DNA of 64,000 nucleotides from Meiothermus sp. (GCA_033762915.1 JANRLD010000053.1:77094-141093), one strand, 5' to 3'. Counted from the stretch's first letter, positions 38,226-50,191 are shown. Numbers and translations: made by a program. The notes: generated by a model from the sequence alone, not told the origin.

Positions 38226-39050
38226 CAGCTCAGTGCGTACCTGCCACAGCTCGGGGAACAGCACAATGTCCAGCGCCCGGCGCAGGTAGGGCACGCCCGC
38301 CGTGCCGCCGCTGCCGGTCTTGTGGCCGATGATGCGCTCGACGGTGGTGAGGTGGTTGAAGCGCCAGCGGCGGAAGTTGTCCTCCACGTCCACCAGCTTC
38401 TCGGCCAAGTAGTACAAGTCCCAGTGCTTTTCGGGCTGGCGGTAGACCTCGAGCCAAGCCTTTTTTACCGCCTCGCTGGGCTGGTGCGGCTCGGCAAAGT
38501 CGCGACTCAAGACCTCCTGGGGGATCGGCAGGCCGCGCTTAGCCACCAGCTGCAAGCTGAGGTCGTAGAGGCTGGGGGATTTCAGGGCGGCCTCGAGCAG
38601 CGCGTGGTGTTCGGGCTGGTGCTGGTGGGGCCGCATCATGAAGGGCTGCTTGTTGCCGAACAGGAACTCGATCAGCCGGTACTGGTGGCTTTGGAAGCCG
38701 CTGGCCCGCCCGAAGCTCGAGCGGAACTTCAGGTAGTCGCTGGGGGTCATGGTCTTGAGCACCTCCCAGCTCGAGGTCATCTGCTCCTGGATGCGCGAGA
38801 CCCGCGAGAGCATCTTCATGGCCGGGTCGAGGTCTTCGGCCCGGATGCGCTCCATGGCGCTCTGGAGCTCGTGGACGGTCAGCTTCATCCACAGCTCTTG
38901 CACCTGGTGGATCACGATGAACAGCACCTCATCGTGCGCGTCGGTGAGCCGAACCTGGGCCTCGAGCAGCGCGTCGAGTCTCAAGTACTCGCCGTACGAG
39001 AGCGAGGCGCTGAAGTCGGTGTGGGCCTTGTCGTAGGTGTTTTCGGACAT
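38223..39050 (-). CDS. kynA: Tryptophan 2,3-dioxygenase
   Basis: Y..YL.LD.LL..Q, HDE.LFI..HQ..ELW, ASGFQS.QYR..EF, VERIIG.K.G.GGT.G..YL, FPELW. Confidence 0.96.
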   Translation of the reverse strand: MSENTYDKAHTDFSASLSYGEYLRLDALLEAQVRLTDAHDEVLFIVIHQVQELWMKLTVHELQSAMERIRAEDLDPAMKMLSRVSRIQEQMTSSWEVLKTMTPSDYLKFRSSFGRASGFQSHQYRLIEFLFGNKQPFMMRPHQHQPEHHALLEAALKSPSLYDLSLQLVAKRGLPIPQEVLSRDFAEPHQPSEAVKKAWLEVYRQPEKHWDLYYLAEKLVDVEDNFRRWRFNHLTTVERIIGHKTGSGGTAGVPYLRRALDIVLFPELWQVRTEL

Positions 39051-39171
39051 GTGTGCCTACTTGCGGAGGTGGGGAAAACTGCGGGGAAGGTGAAAAGTGG
39101 AAAGATAATAAAGTCAAAGGCTTTTGGTCTTCCTTTTCCCTTTCCACTTTCCGCTTTTCTCGCCTTTCGTC

Positions 39172-40401
39172 TTACGTCACCTTCGCCCGCACCTGAAACT
39201 GCTCGGCCTTGTAGCGGCCCGTGGCCATCACCCGCTCGAGGCGCTGCACCGCCTCCCACACGTCGGCGTAGCGCACGTAGAGCGGGGTGAAGCCGAAGCG
39301 CACGATGTCGGGGGCGCGGAAGTCGCCGATCAGGCCCGCCTCGATGATGGCCTGCATAATGGCGTAGCCCTCGGGGTGGCTGAAGGAGACCTGGGAGCCG
39401 CGCCGGGCGTGCTCCTTGGGGGTGACGAGCTTAAAGCCGTAGCGGGCGCACAGCGGCTCCATCAGGGCGATAAAGGCGTCGGTGAGGGCCAGGGATTTGG
39501 CCCGGAGTTGCCCCAGGTCAACGCCCTCGAAAGCATCGAGCGCGGCGTCCAGGGCCGCCATGCTCAGCACGCCCGGGGTGCCCACAGTCAGGCGGCGGAT
39601 GTCGGGGGCGGCCTCGAAATCGGGGCGGAACTCGAAGGGCTGGTTGTGGCCCATCCAGCCCGCCATGTAGGGCAGCGCGGCCTGCTGGTGGCGCTTCGGC
39701 ACGAAGAGGAAAGCAGGTGCGCCGGGGCCGCCGTTGAGGTATTTGTAGCCGCATCCGACGGCGAAGTCCACGTTGTGCCGGTTCAGGTCGACCGCAAAAG
39801 CGCCCGCGCTGTGTGCCAGGTCCCAGACGACCAGGGCTCCGTGGGCGTGGGCCTTGGCGGTGAGGCCAGGGAGGTCGTAGCGGTAGCCGGTGCGGTAGTC
39901 GACTTCGGTCTGCATCAAGACGGCAGTAGAGTCGTCTATGGCGCCCTCGAGCTCGTCCTTCTTCACGAAGCGCAGCTCGTAGCCGCCCAGCAGGTCGCGC
40001 ACCCCCTGGGCGATGTAGAGGTCGGTGGGGAAGTTGTCGATGTCCGAGACGATCACCCGCCGCTCGGGTCGCAGCTTGAGGGCGGCCAGCAGCACCTTGA
40101 AGAGGTTGACGCTGGTGGAGTCGGCGGCCACCGTCTCGCCCGGCTCCGCCCCGATCAGCCGCCCGATCTTATCGCCCACCCGCAGAGGCAGGTCCATCCA
40201 GCCGTTTTTGTTCCAGCTGCGGATCAGGTCGGTGCCCCACTCCCGCGCCACCACGTCTTCCACGCGGGCCGGAACGTTTCGGGGCAGCACCCCCAACGAG
40301 TTACCGTCGAGGTAGATCAGCCCCTCGGGTACATGGAAGAGGTCGCGCCTGGGGTGCAGGGGATCGGAGCGGTCGAGGGCCAAAAGGTCGTCTAGGGTCA
40401 T
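39172..40401 (-). CDS. kynU: Kynureninase
   Basis: YLDGNSLG, DSTSVNL, FPTD.Y, WDLAHSAGA, GC.YKYLNGGPGAP, RRGSQV, RFGF.PLY. Confidence 0.96.
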   Translation of the reverse strand: MTLDDLLALDRSDPLHPRRDLFHVPEGLIYLDGNSLGVLPRNVPARVEDVVAREWGTDLIRSWNKNGWMDLPLRVGDKIGRLIGAEPGETVAADSTSVNLFKVLLAALKLRPERRVIVSDIDNFPTDLYIAQGVRDLLGGYELRFVKKDELEGAIDDSTAVLMQTEVDYRTGYRYDLPGLTAKAHAHGALVVWDLAHSAGAFAVDLNRHNVDFAVGCGYKYLNGGPGAPAFLFVPKRHQQAALPYMAGWMGHNQPFEFRPDFEAAPDIRRLTVGTPGVLSMAALDAALDAFEGVDLGQLRAKSLALTDAFIALMEPLCARYGFKLVTPKEHARRGSQVSFSHPEGYAIMQAIIEAGLIGDFRAPDIVRFGFTPLYVRYADVWEAVQRLERVMATGRYKAEQFQVRAKVT

Positions 40402-41012
40402 GAGGGTTTCTCCGCTCTTCTCGCCTCAAGCCAGCGCCAGAACTCCTCCAGGGTGCTACCGGCCCGCTCGAGGGCAAAGCTGTAGATGTCTACACTGTAA
40501 ACCGTTTTGCGGTATTCGGGGTGATGGTGCAGGACGGTTTTCAGCTCGAGGATGAGCCTTCGATCGGCAGACATCAGCCGCTCGGCGAGTCGGGCTTTGT
40601 CCGCGAGATCCACGGCGTACTCGGCCTCGGACCAGCCCCAGAAGTCCAGCTTCCAGGCCACCTGGGTTCGGTTGTTGAGGAACTCGTAACCGCCGTACAG
40701 CCCCGGCTTGGAGGCCCTGGAGTCCGGGCGGAGGTGCTCGTCGTTGAACTTGGCCCGAAACAGCCGGTAGCCCTGCCGCTCGAGCTGCTCCGCGAGGGGC
40801 GGCGCAAACACCATGAGCTTGGTGCGGTCGGCGTGCTCGAGGTGGCAGAAGAGGTCTATGTCCGGCCAGGTCATCAGGTCGAGAGCCACGCTGCCCGCCA
40901 GGTGGATTTTGCCGAACTGCCGCTCGAGCAACCCCATCAGGCCGCCCTCGAGGATGTCCAGGACTTCCCGCCGCAGCCGGGCGGACTGTCGCTCGAGATC
41001 GGATGAGGTCAT
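40398..41012 (-). CDS. Uncharacterised Pol-beta-like nucleotidyltransferase-fold protein
   Basis: GSVALDLMTWPDID (GS...DxD) and a later WKLD; ATGA overlap with kynU. Confidence 0.6.
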   Translation of the reverse strand: MTSSDLERQSARLRREVLDILEGGLMGLLERQFGKIHLAGSVALDLMTWPDIDLFCHLEHADRTKLMVFAPPLAEQLERQGYRLFRAKFNDEHLRPDSRASKPGLYGGYEFLNNRTQVAWKLDFWGWSEAEYAVDLADKARLAERLMSADRRLILELKTVLHHHPEYRKTVYSVDIYSFALERAGSTLEEFWRWLEARRAEKPS

Positions 41013-41074
41013 CAGGGCATTTTACCCGGTACTAACAAGCCAGCCTCAGCGGTTTCTCAAGCCGAGGCTCTTTC

Positions 41075-41284
41075 ATGGAAATATCTATGACCAGAGACCA
41101 GTTCATCGCAGCCGTCCAGAGGCTCGGCTACAGCCCCCAGGCCGCCCAGAAGAAGGCCGACAGCGTGAGGGGGATGATCGAATACCGCCGCAAGGAGCTG
41201 CTCGAGGAGTTCGAACGCCTCGAGGCCGACAGCTATGGCGACGTGTTGGCGACAATCCAGCCGGTTGGCCTCAGCAGGGTCTGA
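41075..41284 (+). CDS. Small hypothetical protein (start may be 41087)
   Basis: Host-like codon usage; fills the gap between two minus-strand genes. Confidence 0.55.
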   Translation: MEISMTRDQFIAAVQRLGYSPQAAQKKADSVRGMIEYRRKELLEEFERLEADSYGDVLATIQPVGLSRV

Positions 41285-41335
41285 GCCTTTCGCCCATACG
41301 CCCGAACCCGGCGCAAGACGTGCGACGTACTACGC

Positions 41336-42155
41336 TCAAATGTCCTTGCGCTCGAAGATCAGTATCGCCAGCGCCGCAAAGCCCAGGGTGTAGGTGAGCA
41401 GCAGCCCCACCCCGATGGGAAAGACCTGGGCCGGGTTGAAGGTGGCCCCCGCCTGGATCAGGTTGGCGGCAATCTGGGCCTGGCCCTCGGGGTAGAAGAG
41501 GGTCAGGTAGGTGGTGAGCAGGAAGAACTGGATGCCGGGGAAAGCCACCAGCAGGCGCATCAAGAGCAGCGTGGAGACTGCCGCCAGGGCCGCCGAGGTG
41601 GTGGAGAGGAAGATTACCGCGAACAGGAGCGAGAGCGTGGCCAGCGGCCAGAGGGTGAGGGCGGCCAGCAGGTGGGCGGTCAAGACCTCCTGGACGGCCT
41701 GCGCGGGGCCGATGAAGCCCTCCCCCACGAAGCCGGTGGTACCCAGGCCGGTACCGCCCGCGAAGCTGCCCAGCCCGAAGGGCAGGCCCGCCAGCAGCGA
41801 CCCGATCAGGCTGACCAGCATCAGCACCACCGGGTAGAGCAGCACCAGGATCAGCTTGGCCCCCAGCAGCCGGGTGCGCGAGCTGGGGCGCAGCAGCAGC
41901 GACTTGAGGGTGCCGGTGCTGACCTCTGAGCCCAGGATCTCAGCGCTGGCGATGGCCACCAAGAAGGGGAACAGGTACTCGATGCCGGTGAACAGCGAGA
42001 GCGCGGGCACCTGCCAGCCCGAGGCCAGCTCGAGCTGATAGATCGCCCTCAGTCCCGGCGCGAAGGCCCACAGCACCGGCAAAACCAGCGAAACCAAAAG
42101 ACCCAACTGCACCGAGCGCAGCCGGATCAGCTTGCCGAACTCCCAAATCAGGATT

Positions 42156-42163
<8 letters not shown>
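41336..42163 (-). CDS. ABC-2 type transporter permease
   Basis: E..KL.R, E...GTLK.LL.RP.SR..LL.AK; multiple TM segments. Confidence 0.9.
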
Positions 42164-43076
<913 letters not shown>

Positions 43077-43204
43077 GGGGCGATTATACGGACGTAACGC
43101 TTGCGGGGTGGGTTATGTGGGGAATGGGGCGGGGGCGGGTAACGGTACGGAGCGTGGGGTGCAGGGGGCTCGGGCTTAATTAGCGCTGTTCCCTCCAAGC
43201 CCCA

Positions 43205-43247
43205 CTTCCCTCTTCCCTCTTCCCTCTTCCCTCTATACCCTATACCC
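43205..43247. repeat. Heptamer tandem repeat (ttccctc)n upstream of moaC
   Basis: About four copies of ttccctc followed by (tataccc)x2. Confidence 0.75.
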
Positions 43248-43724
43248 ATGTCCGAACTGACCCACTTCAAAGACGGCAGGCCGCAGATGGTGGACGTGAG
43301 CGGGAAGGCGGCCACGCTGCGGGTCGCCACCGCCGAGGCGACGGTTAAGCTGCAGCCCGAGGCGGTCGAGGCACTGCGGGCAGGCGGGGTGGGCAAGGGC
43401 GACCCGCTCACAGTGGCGCAGCTGGCCGGCATCATGGCGGCCAAGAAGACCGGCGAGCTGATCCCGCTGTGCCACCCGCTGCCCATCAGCAGCGCCGACG
43501 TGCGCCTCGAGTTCCGCCCCGAGCAGTCCGAGGTCTACGTCACCGCCACCATCAAGACCAAGGGCGAGACCGGGGTGGAGATGGAGGCCCTGACCGCCGT
43601 CTCGGTGGCGGCGCTGACCGTCTACGACATGCTGAAGGCGGCCAGCAAGGGTCTCGAGATCACCGACCTGCGGCTGCTGTACAAGTCCGGCGGTAAGTCG
43701 GGCGAGTGGCGGCGGGAGGGCTGA
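43248..43724 (+). CDS. moaC: Cyclic pyranopterin monophosphate synthase
   Basis: LTH....[44 protein letters not shown]. Confidence 0.97.
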   Translation: MSELTHFKDGRPQMVDVSGKAATLRVATAEATVKLQPEAVEALRAGGVGKGDPLTVAQLAGIMAAKKTGELIPLCHPLPISSADVRLEFRPEQSEVYVTATIKTKGETGVEMEALTAVSVAALTVYDMLKAASKGLEITDLRLLYKSGGKSGEWRREG

Positions 43725-43803
43725 GGCTAGGCCGGTTCGGTGTGGTAGAATCCCGCACTGTGGCTGCCGGGCGCTTGGCGACCCGGTCACCGACGGAGGA
43801 AGC

Positions 43804-44034
43804 ATGGCGCTCATTGACGACATCAAGGAAGTGATCGTGGACAAACTCGGCGTAGACGCCGACAAGATCGTGCCCGAGGCCCGCTTTATCGAAGACCTGG
43901 GGGCCGACTCGCTGGACACCGTGGAGCTGGTGATGGGCCTGGAGGACAAGTTCGGCCTCGAGATCTCCGACGAGGAAGCCGAGAAGATCCGCACCGTCCA
44001 GGACGCGATCAACTTCGTTGAGAGCAAGCAGTAG
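43804..44034 (+). CDS. acpP: Acyl carrier protein
   Basis: [26 protein letters not shown]. Confidence 0.97.
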   Translation: MALIDDIKEVIVDKLGVDADKIVPEARFIEDLGADSLDTVELVMGLEDKFGLEISDEEAEKIRTVQDAINFVESKQ

Positions 44035-44050
44035 ATCGTCGCGGGTAGCG

Positions 44051-44082
44051 GGCCGAGGGTCTTGTGCCCTCGGCCTTTTTTT
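44051..44082 (+). terminator. Intrinsic terminator after acpP
   Basis: ggccgaggg-loop-ccctcggcc followed by TTTTTTT. Confidence 0.85.
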
Positions 44083-44090
44083 GTCACCGT

Positions 44091-44327
44091 TCAGCCGTCG
44101 GCGCCCTTCCACTCCACCGCCTCGTAGAGGGCCTCGGCCCTGCGCAGCGTGACGATGGCGGTGAGGCCGTCCCTGGCCTCGAGCTCGGCTTTGGCCCGGC
44201 CCACCAGCCGGGCGAACTCCGGGTCGGCCAGAAGCAGGAAGGCGAAATGCTCGAGCTTCTTGAGCCGCTCGAAGCGCCGCCAGGCGTCGGGCATGAAGCG
44301 GCTCGAGGGGTTGGGCGTAGAGGCCAT
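44091..44327 (-). CDS. Small hypothetical protein at the end of the cox cluster
   Basis: Co-oriented just downstream of the coxE-like gene; host-like codons. Confidence 0.55.
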   Translation of the reverse strand: MASTPNPSSRFMPDAWRRFERLKKLEHFAFLLLADPEFARLVGRAKAELEARDGLTAIVTLRRAEALYEAVEWKGADG

Positions 44328-44343
44328 GGCGTTCGGTGGGCCC

Positions 44344-45540
44344 CTAGTGAACGTTACTCGCCCGCCTGTCCAGCGAGGCCAGGGCCTCGACCAGCATCTC
44401 GAGGCTGTTCAGGTTATGCACGGGCAGAAAGTCGTCTATGAAAGGCAGCGCAGCCACCAGTCCGCGGGTGAGCGGCTGATAGCCCGGCGTCCCGATGAGC
44501 GGATTCAACCAGATCAGGCGGTGGCAGGACTTTTGCAGCCGCTCCATCTCGAAGGCCAGCAGCGCGGGCTCGCCCTGATCCCAGCCGTCGGAGATCACCA
44601 TCACGATGGCACCGCGCCCCAGCACCCGCTTGGCCCAGCCGTGGTTGAAGGCGTGCAGGCTCTCGCCGATCCGGGTGCCGCCCGACCAGTCCTTGACCTG
44701 CTGACCCACCTCGCGCAGGGCCTCGTCCACCGAGCGGCGCTTCATGGCCCTCGAGATGCGCGAGAGCCGGGTGCCAAACACAAAGGTCTCGAGGCGGCGC
44801 ACCCCCTGGCGGGACTGCTCGAGGCTGAAGGCGTGCAGGAAGTGCAGCAACATCCGGGCGTAGCGCTCCATCGAGCCCGAGACGTCGGCGATGCAGACGA
44901 TGGGGCGGGGCTTGGTCTTGCGGCTGCGGAACTTGAGGTCGAGCAGCTCGCCCTGGTGGCGCAGCGAGGCCCGGAAGCTGCGGCGCAGGTCGAGGGCCTC
45001 GTCGCCCCTGGGCCTCATGCGCCGGGTCTTGCGCTCGGGTGGGTTCCAGCTAAAGCCGTAGAGGAGCTGCCTGGCCCGCTCAAGTTCGGTCTCGCTCATC
45101 TGGTCGAAGCGCTTGGTTTTGAGCACCTCGTCGGCGCTGAAGGTGAGGGCACGGTCGGAGATCGGTAGGGGCGCGTCCGGTTGGTTCTGCTGCCCGGACT
45201 TCGGCTCGCGTCCGACCTCGCCGGGCTTGGCCTTCTGGTCTTTCTTGGGCGGGATGGTGGTCTGGTTAAGCAGCTCGGAGGGGAAGCGCTCGAGGCCCAG
45301 TGTTTTCCAAAAGTTCTTGAAGGCCGCTTCGAACTTGGCGAAGTCCTCGCGCTTGGTGACGAGGCTGCCACGGGCCGCGTAGAAGAACAGGGTGGGGTCG
45401 AAGATGGAGATTTCGGCCAGGGCTTGGGCGAAGGCGGTGGTCTGGCCGGGCGTGACCGTGATGCCCTCGTCGCGCAGCACCCGCACGAAGGCCACGGCGT
45501 GGGAGAGGAGCTGGCCTGAACTCGATTGCCGGGGGTTCAT
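44344..45540 (-). CDS. coxE: CoxE-like VWA domain protein
   Basis: DVSGSMERY, F.FGTRL, WSGGTRIG, ISDGWD, WLNPL. Confidence 0.9.
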   Translation of the reverse strand: MNPRQSSSGQLLSHAVAFVRVLRDEGITVTPGQTTAFAQALAEISIFDPTLFFYAARGSLVTKREDFAKFEAAFKNFWKTLGLERFPSELLNQTTIPPKKDQKAKPGEVGREPKSGQQNQPDAPLPISDRALTFSADEVLKTKRFDQMSETELERARQLLYGFSWNPPERKTRRMRPRGDEALDLRRSFRASLRHQGELLDLKFRSRKTKPRPIVCIADVSGSMERYARMLLHFLHAFSLEQSRQGVRRLETFVFGTRLSRISRAMKRRSVDEALREVGQQVKDWSGGTRIGESLHAFNHGWAKRVLGRGAIVMVISDGWDQGEPALLAFEMERLQKSCHRLIWLNPLIGTPGYQPLTRGLVAALPFIDDFLPVHNLNSLEMLVEALASLDRRASNVH

Positions 45541-45543
45541 GGG

Positions 45544-46443
45544 TCAGATGTGGGTCGGCATCTGCGACCGGGCCAGCAGGTCTTGGGCCTGGTTCTTGGC
45601 CTTCACCACGTCGTCCTGGTATTTAAGCAACACGCCCAGGCTGTCCTCGATCATCGGCACGCCCAGCTCAACAGCGTCCAAGGCCATAAGGGACGAGGCC
45701 CAGTCCAGCGTCTCGGCCACGCCGGGGGCCTTGTACAAGTCCTGTTGGCGGAGCTGCTGGACGAACATCACGATCTGCTGGGCCAGCTTTTCGGGCACGC
45801 CGGGGACTTTTTCGCGGACAATTTTGTACTCCTTCTCGAAGCCGGGGTAGTCAATCCAGTAGTACATGCAGCGGCGCTTGAGGGCGTCGTGGATTTCGCG
45901 GGTGCGGTTGGAGGTGATCACCACCACCGGGGGCTGCTCGGCCTTCATTGTCCCGACTTCGGGAATGGTGATCTGCCAGTCAGAGAGAAACTCGAGCAAA
46001 AACGCCTCGAACTCCTCGTCGGCGCGGTCTAGCTCGTCAATCAGCAGTACCGGGGCCTTGCCGCCGGTGGTCTCCAGGGCCTGCAATAGCGGGCGCTTGA
46101 GCAGGAACTCCGGGCCGAATACCTCGTGGCGCACCTTGGCCTGGTCGCGCTCGCCGCTGGCTTCCAGCAGCCGGATTTGCAGCATTTGTCTCGCGTAGTC
46201 CCACTCGTAGACGGCGCTGCTCAGGTCCAGGCCCTCGTAGCACTGGAGGCGGATCAGCCGGGTCTGGAGCAAGTCCGCCAGCACCTTGACGATCTCGGTC
46301 TTGCCTACCCCGGGCTCGCCCTCCAGCAGCAGCGGGCGGCCCAGTTTAAGCGACAAAAAGACCGCCACCGACAGGCCCTTGTCGGCGATGTAGCGGTGCT
46401 GCTCAAGCAGCCTCTGGGTCTCCTCGACGGAGGAAGGGATCAT
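45544..46443 (-). CDS. coxD: CoxD-like MoxR AAA+ ATPase
   Basis: LLEGEPGVGKTE, RLQCYEGLD, YEWDY.RQ, LIDE.DRAD.EFEA, TSNRTRE.HDALKRRC. Confidence 0.92.
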   Translation of the reverse strand: MIPSSVEETQRLLEQHRYIADKGLSVAVFLSLKLGRPLLLEGEPGVGKTEIVKVLADLLQTRLIRLQCYEGLDLSSAVYEWDYARQMLQIRLLEASGERDQAKVRHEVFGPEFLLKRPLLQALETTGGKAPVLLIDELDRADEEFEAFLLEFLSDWQITIPEVGTMKAEQPPVVVITSNRTREIHDALKRRCMYYWIDYPGFEKEYKIVREKVPGVPEKLAQQIVMFVQQLRQQDLYKAPGVAETLDWASSLMALDAVELGVPMIEDSLGVLLKYQDDVVKAKNQAQDLLARSQMPTHI

Positions 46444-46614
46444 GGCCTCATTCTTCCACAAAAATCCGGGGCGAATGGCCTCGAGGGCCCACGAACCCAC
46501 CCACTTTCCCTATTGATTCGGCACGGCGAGGGACGGATATCCATGGACTTGACAGAGGATAGGCCGACAGTCCGCCACAAACGCCCCCGCGAGGTCCAGC
46601 CCAGGAACCCCGGG

Positions 46615-46700
46615 CGCCGGGCCACCACAACGCCAGACGCCGGGCCACCACAACGCCAGACGCCGGGCAGCCCCAAGAGGGCGCCCGGCGTTTTGCTTTT
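46615..46700. repeat. 23-bp tandem duplication abutting a terminator-like hairpin between coxM and coxD
   Basis: cgccgggccaccacaacgccaga x2 (46615-46660), then a cgccgggc...gcccggcg hairpin with ttttgctttt. Confidence 0.75.
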
Positions 46701-46726
46701 GGCGTGAGATCTGTGGCGTAGGACCG

Positions 46727-47554
46727 CTACAGCAGCTTCGTCAAGGCCCGCTTGGCCATCACGTCCACCAGGTGGGCGCGGTACTCGGCAGAGGCGGCAA
46801 GGTCGTGGTTGAGGCCATCGGACGAGACCAAGCCCTGGCAGGCGGCGGCGATGCTTTCGGCGGTCAGGGCCTGCCCGGCCAGGTTGGCCTCAAGCTTGGA
46901 GAGCCGCATGGCGTGCGCCCCAGCCCCGGTCACGGCGGCGCGGACGCCGTTGGCGCCAGCCACCACCGCCACTCCCACCACCGCGTAGCGGCTGGCGGGG
47001 TGAGGGAACTTCTCGTAGGCTTGCCTGCCCGCGTTGGCGGGGACATGCACCTCGGTCAGCAGCTCGCCCGAGCCCACGGCGGTCTCGAACATGCCTTTAA
47101 AGAACTCCTCGGCCCCCACCACCCGGCTGCCGCCCGAGCCCTCGATCTTCATCTTGGCCCCCAGCGCCACCATCGCGGCGGGCAGGTCGGCGGCGGGGTC
47201 GGCGTGGGCCAGCGAGCCGCCGATGGTGCCCTTGGCCCGCACCATGGGGTCGCCGATCAGGTGGATGGCGGCGGGGAGAATCGGGGCGGCCTGCTTGACC
47301 AGGTCGCTGCTCTCGATCTCGTGGTAGGTGGCGGCGGCCCCGATCACCAGGGTGTCGCCCTCGAGGCGGATGGACTTCAGCTCGGCAATCTTGGAGATGT
47401 CAATCAAGGCGCTGGGCGCCGCCAGCCGCAGCTTCATGGTGGGGATCAGGCTGTGCCCCCCCGCCAGCAGCTTGGCCTCGGGGTGCTGGGCCAGCAGCGA
47501 GAGCGCCTCGGCGACACTGCCCGCTTTCTTGTAGGCAAACTCAGATGTGTACAT
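46727..47554 (-). CDS. coxM: Molybdenum hydroxylase FAD subunit (CoxM-like)
   Basis: LAGGHSLIP.MKLRLA.P, IGDP.VR..GTIGGS.A.ADPAAD, YR.HL. Confidence 0.92.
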   Translation of the reverse strand: MYTSEFAYKKAGSVAEALSLLAQHPEAKLLAGGHSLIPTMKLRLAAPSALIDISKIAELKSIRLEGDTLVIGAAATYHEIESSDLVKQAAPILPAAIHLIGDPMVRAKGTIGGSLAHADPAADLPAAMVALGAKMKIEGSGGSRVVGAEEFFKGMFETAVGSGELLTEVHVPANAGRQAYEKFPHPASRYAVVGVAVVAGANGVRAAVTGAGAHAMRLSKLEANLAGQALTAESIAAACQGLVSSDGLNHDLAASAEYRAHLVDVMAKRALTKLL

Positions 47555-47565
47555 TTTCCTCCTTT

Positions 47566-47710
47566 ATCCCCTCCTCCCTTGCGACCGCTTCGCGGCTTGG
47601 AGGGTTAGGGTGGAGGGGGTGAGCCGCAGGCAAATGCCTTTGATCTTCCCAGCATCGGCGAGTTCTGGGAACTCGACCCTCCTCCCAACCTCCCCCGCAA
47701 GGGGGAGGGG
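47566..47710. repeat. REP-like GC-rich palindromic element between coxL and coxM
   Basis: cctcccccGCAAgggggagg hairpin plus complementary ccctcc/ggaggg arms. Confidence 0.55.
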
Positions 47711-47717
47711 CAAAACA

Positions 47718-50084
47718 TTAATCAGCCGCTTGGCCGACCGCCCTGGCGTCTTGGATCGCCTTCCACACCTTCTGCGGGGTGTAGGGCATGTCCAGGTGAT
47801 TGATGCCGAAGGGGCGTAGGGCGTCCAACACTGCGTTGGCGACGGCGGCGGTGGAGGCGATGGTGCCAGCCTCGCCGATGCCCTTGACGCCCAGCGGGTT
47901 GTGCGGGCTGGGGGTCACGGTGTAGCCGTGCTCGAGCTGCACCATGTCGTCGGCGCGGGGCATGGTGTACTCCATGAAGTTGCCAGAGAGAATTTGACCC
48001 TCGGCGTCGTAGACGGCCTCCTCCAGGAGCGCCTGGCCCAGGCCCTGCGCGACGCCGCCGTGAACCTGACCGTCGGCAATCAGGGGGTTAATTACCGGGC
48101 CGCAGTCGTCCACCGAGAGGTATCGCTTGAGCGCGACCTTTCCGGTGTCGGGGTCCACCTCCACCACCGCGATGTGGGTGCCGAAGGGGAAGACGAAGTT
48201 CTTGGGGTCGTAGAAGTGGTTGGCCTCGAGACCGGGCTCCAGGTCGGCGGGGTAGTTGTGGGCCAGGTGGGCCATCAGCGAGATGTCGAAGAAGCTCTTG
48301 GACTTGTCCGGCACGCCCTTCACCATGAACTTGCCGCCCTCGTGAACGATGTCGTCGGGGGAGGCCTCGAGCAGGTGCGCGGCGATCTTCTTGGCCTTGT
48401 CGGTGATCTTGCGGCTGGCCATCACGATGGCCGAGAGGCCCACCGGAGCAGACCTCGAGCCGTAAGAGCCCCAGCCGTGGGCCATGCGCCCGGTGTCGCC
48501 GTGGACGATGGTGATGTCCTCCATCGGGATTTGCAGTTCGTCGGCAACGACCTGGGCAAAGGCTGTCTCGTGGCCCTGGCCGTGGCTGTGCGAGCCGGTG
48601 GTGACCTCGACCTTACCCGTGGCGTGGACGCGCACTAAGGCGCTCTCCCACTGCCCAGCCTGGGCGCCCAGGCTGCCCACTACCGCCGAGGGGGCCAGCC
48701 CGCAGGCCTCGAGGAAGGTAATCGCCCCGATGCCGATGTACTTGCCGTTTTTGCGGCCCTCCTCCTGCTGGCGGCGGAGTTCCTTGTAGCCGATCAGCTC
48801 CATGGCCTTTTCCATGGCCGGCTCGTAGTTGCCGGAGTCGTAGACCAGGGCGACGGGGGTCTGGTAGGGGAACTCCTCGGGCTGGATGAAGTTCTTGCGG
48901 CGGAACTCCAGCGGGTCTTCGCCCAGCTCGTGGGCCATTACGTCGGCGAGGCGCTCGAGGAGGTAGGTGGCCTCGGGGCGGCCAGCGCCGCGGTAGGCGT
49001 CCACCGGGACGGTGTGGCTAAACGGCGCGGTCACATGGACGTAGATATTGGGGGTCTTGTAGCAGCCCGCCAGCAGGGTGCCGTAGAGGTAGGTGGGCAC
49101 GGCGGGGGCAAAGGTGGTCAGGTAGGCCCCCATGTTGGCGATGGTGTCCACCCGCAGGCCGATCATCTTGTGGTCCTTGTCCACGGCCAGTTCGGCCACC
49201 GTCTCGTGGTCGCGCCCGTGGCTGTCGGTCACGAAGCTCTCCGAGCGCCGCGCCGTCCACTTGACCGGCTTGTTCAGCTTCTTGGAGGCGTAGAGGACGA
49301 TGATCTCTTCGGGGTACTGGTAAATCTTGCTGCCAAAACCGCCGCCCACGTCCGGCGCGATCACCCGCAGCTTGTGCTCAGGGATGCCCATGATGAAGGC
49401 AGCGATCAGCAGGCGGTGGATGTGCGGGTTCTGGCTGGTCGTCCACAGCGTGTACTCGTCTGAAGCCTTGACGTACTGGGCCAGCGAGGCCCTGGGCTCC
49501 ATCGCGCTCGGGACGAGGCGCTGGTTGCGAATGTTGAGCTTGACGGTCTTGTAGGCCCCGGCGAACACCGCCTCGTTGGCGGCCTTGTCGCCCAGGCTCC
49601 AGGTAAAGCACACGTTGTCGGGGGCCTCGTCGTGAACCGAGGGGGCCCCGGCTTTGAGCGCCTCCGAGCCCAGGCTCACCGCATCAAGCGGCTCCCAATC
49701 CACCTCAACGAGCGCGGCGGCGTCCTCGGCGATCTGGCGGCTGGTCGCCACCACGGCGGCCACGATGTCGCCCACGTGTCGGGCCTTGTCGGGCGCGATG
49801 GCGTAGTGCGGCGGGGTTTTAATGCCCGCGTGCAGCCAGCCGGTGGGAATCCCGTTGATCCCCGCGTCCTTCATCTCCTGACCGGTGATGACCGCCATTA
49901 CGCCGGGCGTAGCCAGCGCCTTGGACGCGTCAATTCCCTTGATGCGGGCGTGGGCGTAGGGCGAGCGCACCATCGCCGCCTCCACCATCCCCGGCAGGGT
50001 CAGGTCATCGGTATAGTTACCCGTCCCGGTGATGAAGCGGGGGTCCTCCACCCGCTTCACCGCTTTTCCGAACAGTTTGTCCAT
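47718..50084 (-). CDS. coxL: Molybdopterin-binding large subunit, form II CoxL-like (xanthine dehydrogenase family)
   Basis: [16 protein letters not shown], active-site loop AYRGAGR (not form I AYxCSFR), GQGHET, KG.GEAG. Confidence 0.9.
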   Translation of the reverse strand: MDKLFGKAVKRVEDPRFITGTGNYTDDLTLPGMVEAAMVRSPYAHARIKGIDASKALATPGVMAVITGQEMKDAGINGIPTGWLHAGIKTPPHYAIAPDKARHVGDIVAAVVATSRQIAEDAAALVEVDWEPLDAVSLGSEALKAGAPSVHDEAPDNVCFTWSLGDKAANEAVFAGAYKTVKLNIRNQRLVPSAMEPRASLAQYVKASDEYTLWTTSQNPHIHRLLIAAFIMGIPEHKLRVIAPDVGGGFGSKIYQYPEEIIVLYASKKLNKPVKWTARRSESFVTDSHGRDHETVAELAVDKDHKMIGLRVDTIANMGAYLTTFAPAVPTYLYGTLLAGCYKTPNIYVHVTAPFSHTVPVDAYRGAGRPEATYLLERLADVMAHELGEDPLEFRRKNFIQPEEFPYQTPVALVYDSGNYEPAMEKAMELIGYKELRRQQEEGRKNGKYIGIGAITFLEACGLAPSAVVGSLGAQAGQWESALVRVHATGKVEVTTGSHSHGQGHETAFAQVVADELQIPMEDITIVHGDTGRMAHGWGSYGSRSAPVGLSAIVMASRKITDKAKKIAAHLLEASPDDIVHEGGKFMVKGVPDKSKSFFDISLMAHLAHNYPADLEPGLEANHFYDPKNFVFPFGTHIAVVEVDPDTGKVALKRYLSVDDCGPVINPLIADGQVHGGVAQGLGQALLEEAVYDAEGQILSGNFMEYTMPRADDMVQLEHGYTVTPSPHNPLGVKGIGEAGTIASTAAVANAVLDALRPFGINHLDMPYTPQKVWKAIQDARAVGQAAD

Positions 50085-50191
50085 GTTGGCTCCCTTCGGT
50101 CGCTCTATGGTTCGTACGTCGTAGGTCTTACGTCATGCGCCAAAACCTTGGGCCCGTCTTTGGCGTACGAACGACGCAAGATGTGCGACGA

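Noticed and set aside
46615..46667. CRISPR-like repeat
   Set aside because: Head-to-tail 23-bp duplication with no spacers.
47718..50084. Bona fide aerobic CO dehydrogenase (form I)
   Set aside because: It lacks the AYxCSFR motif and the M-S-L gene order.
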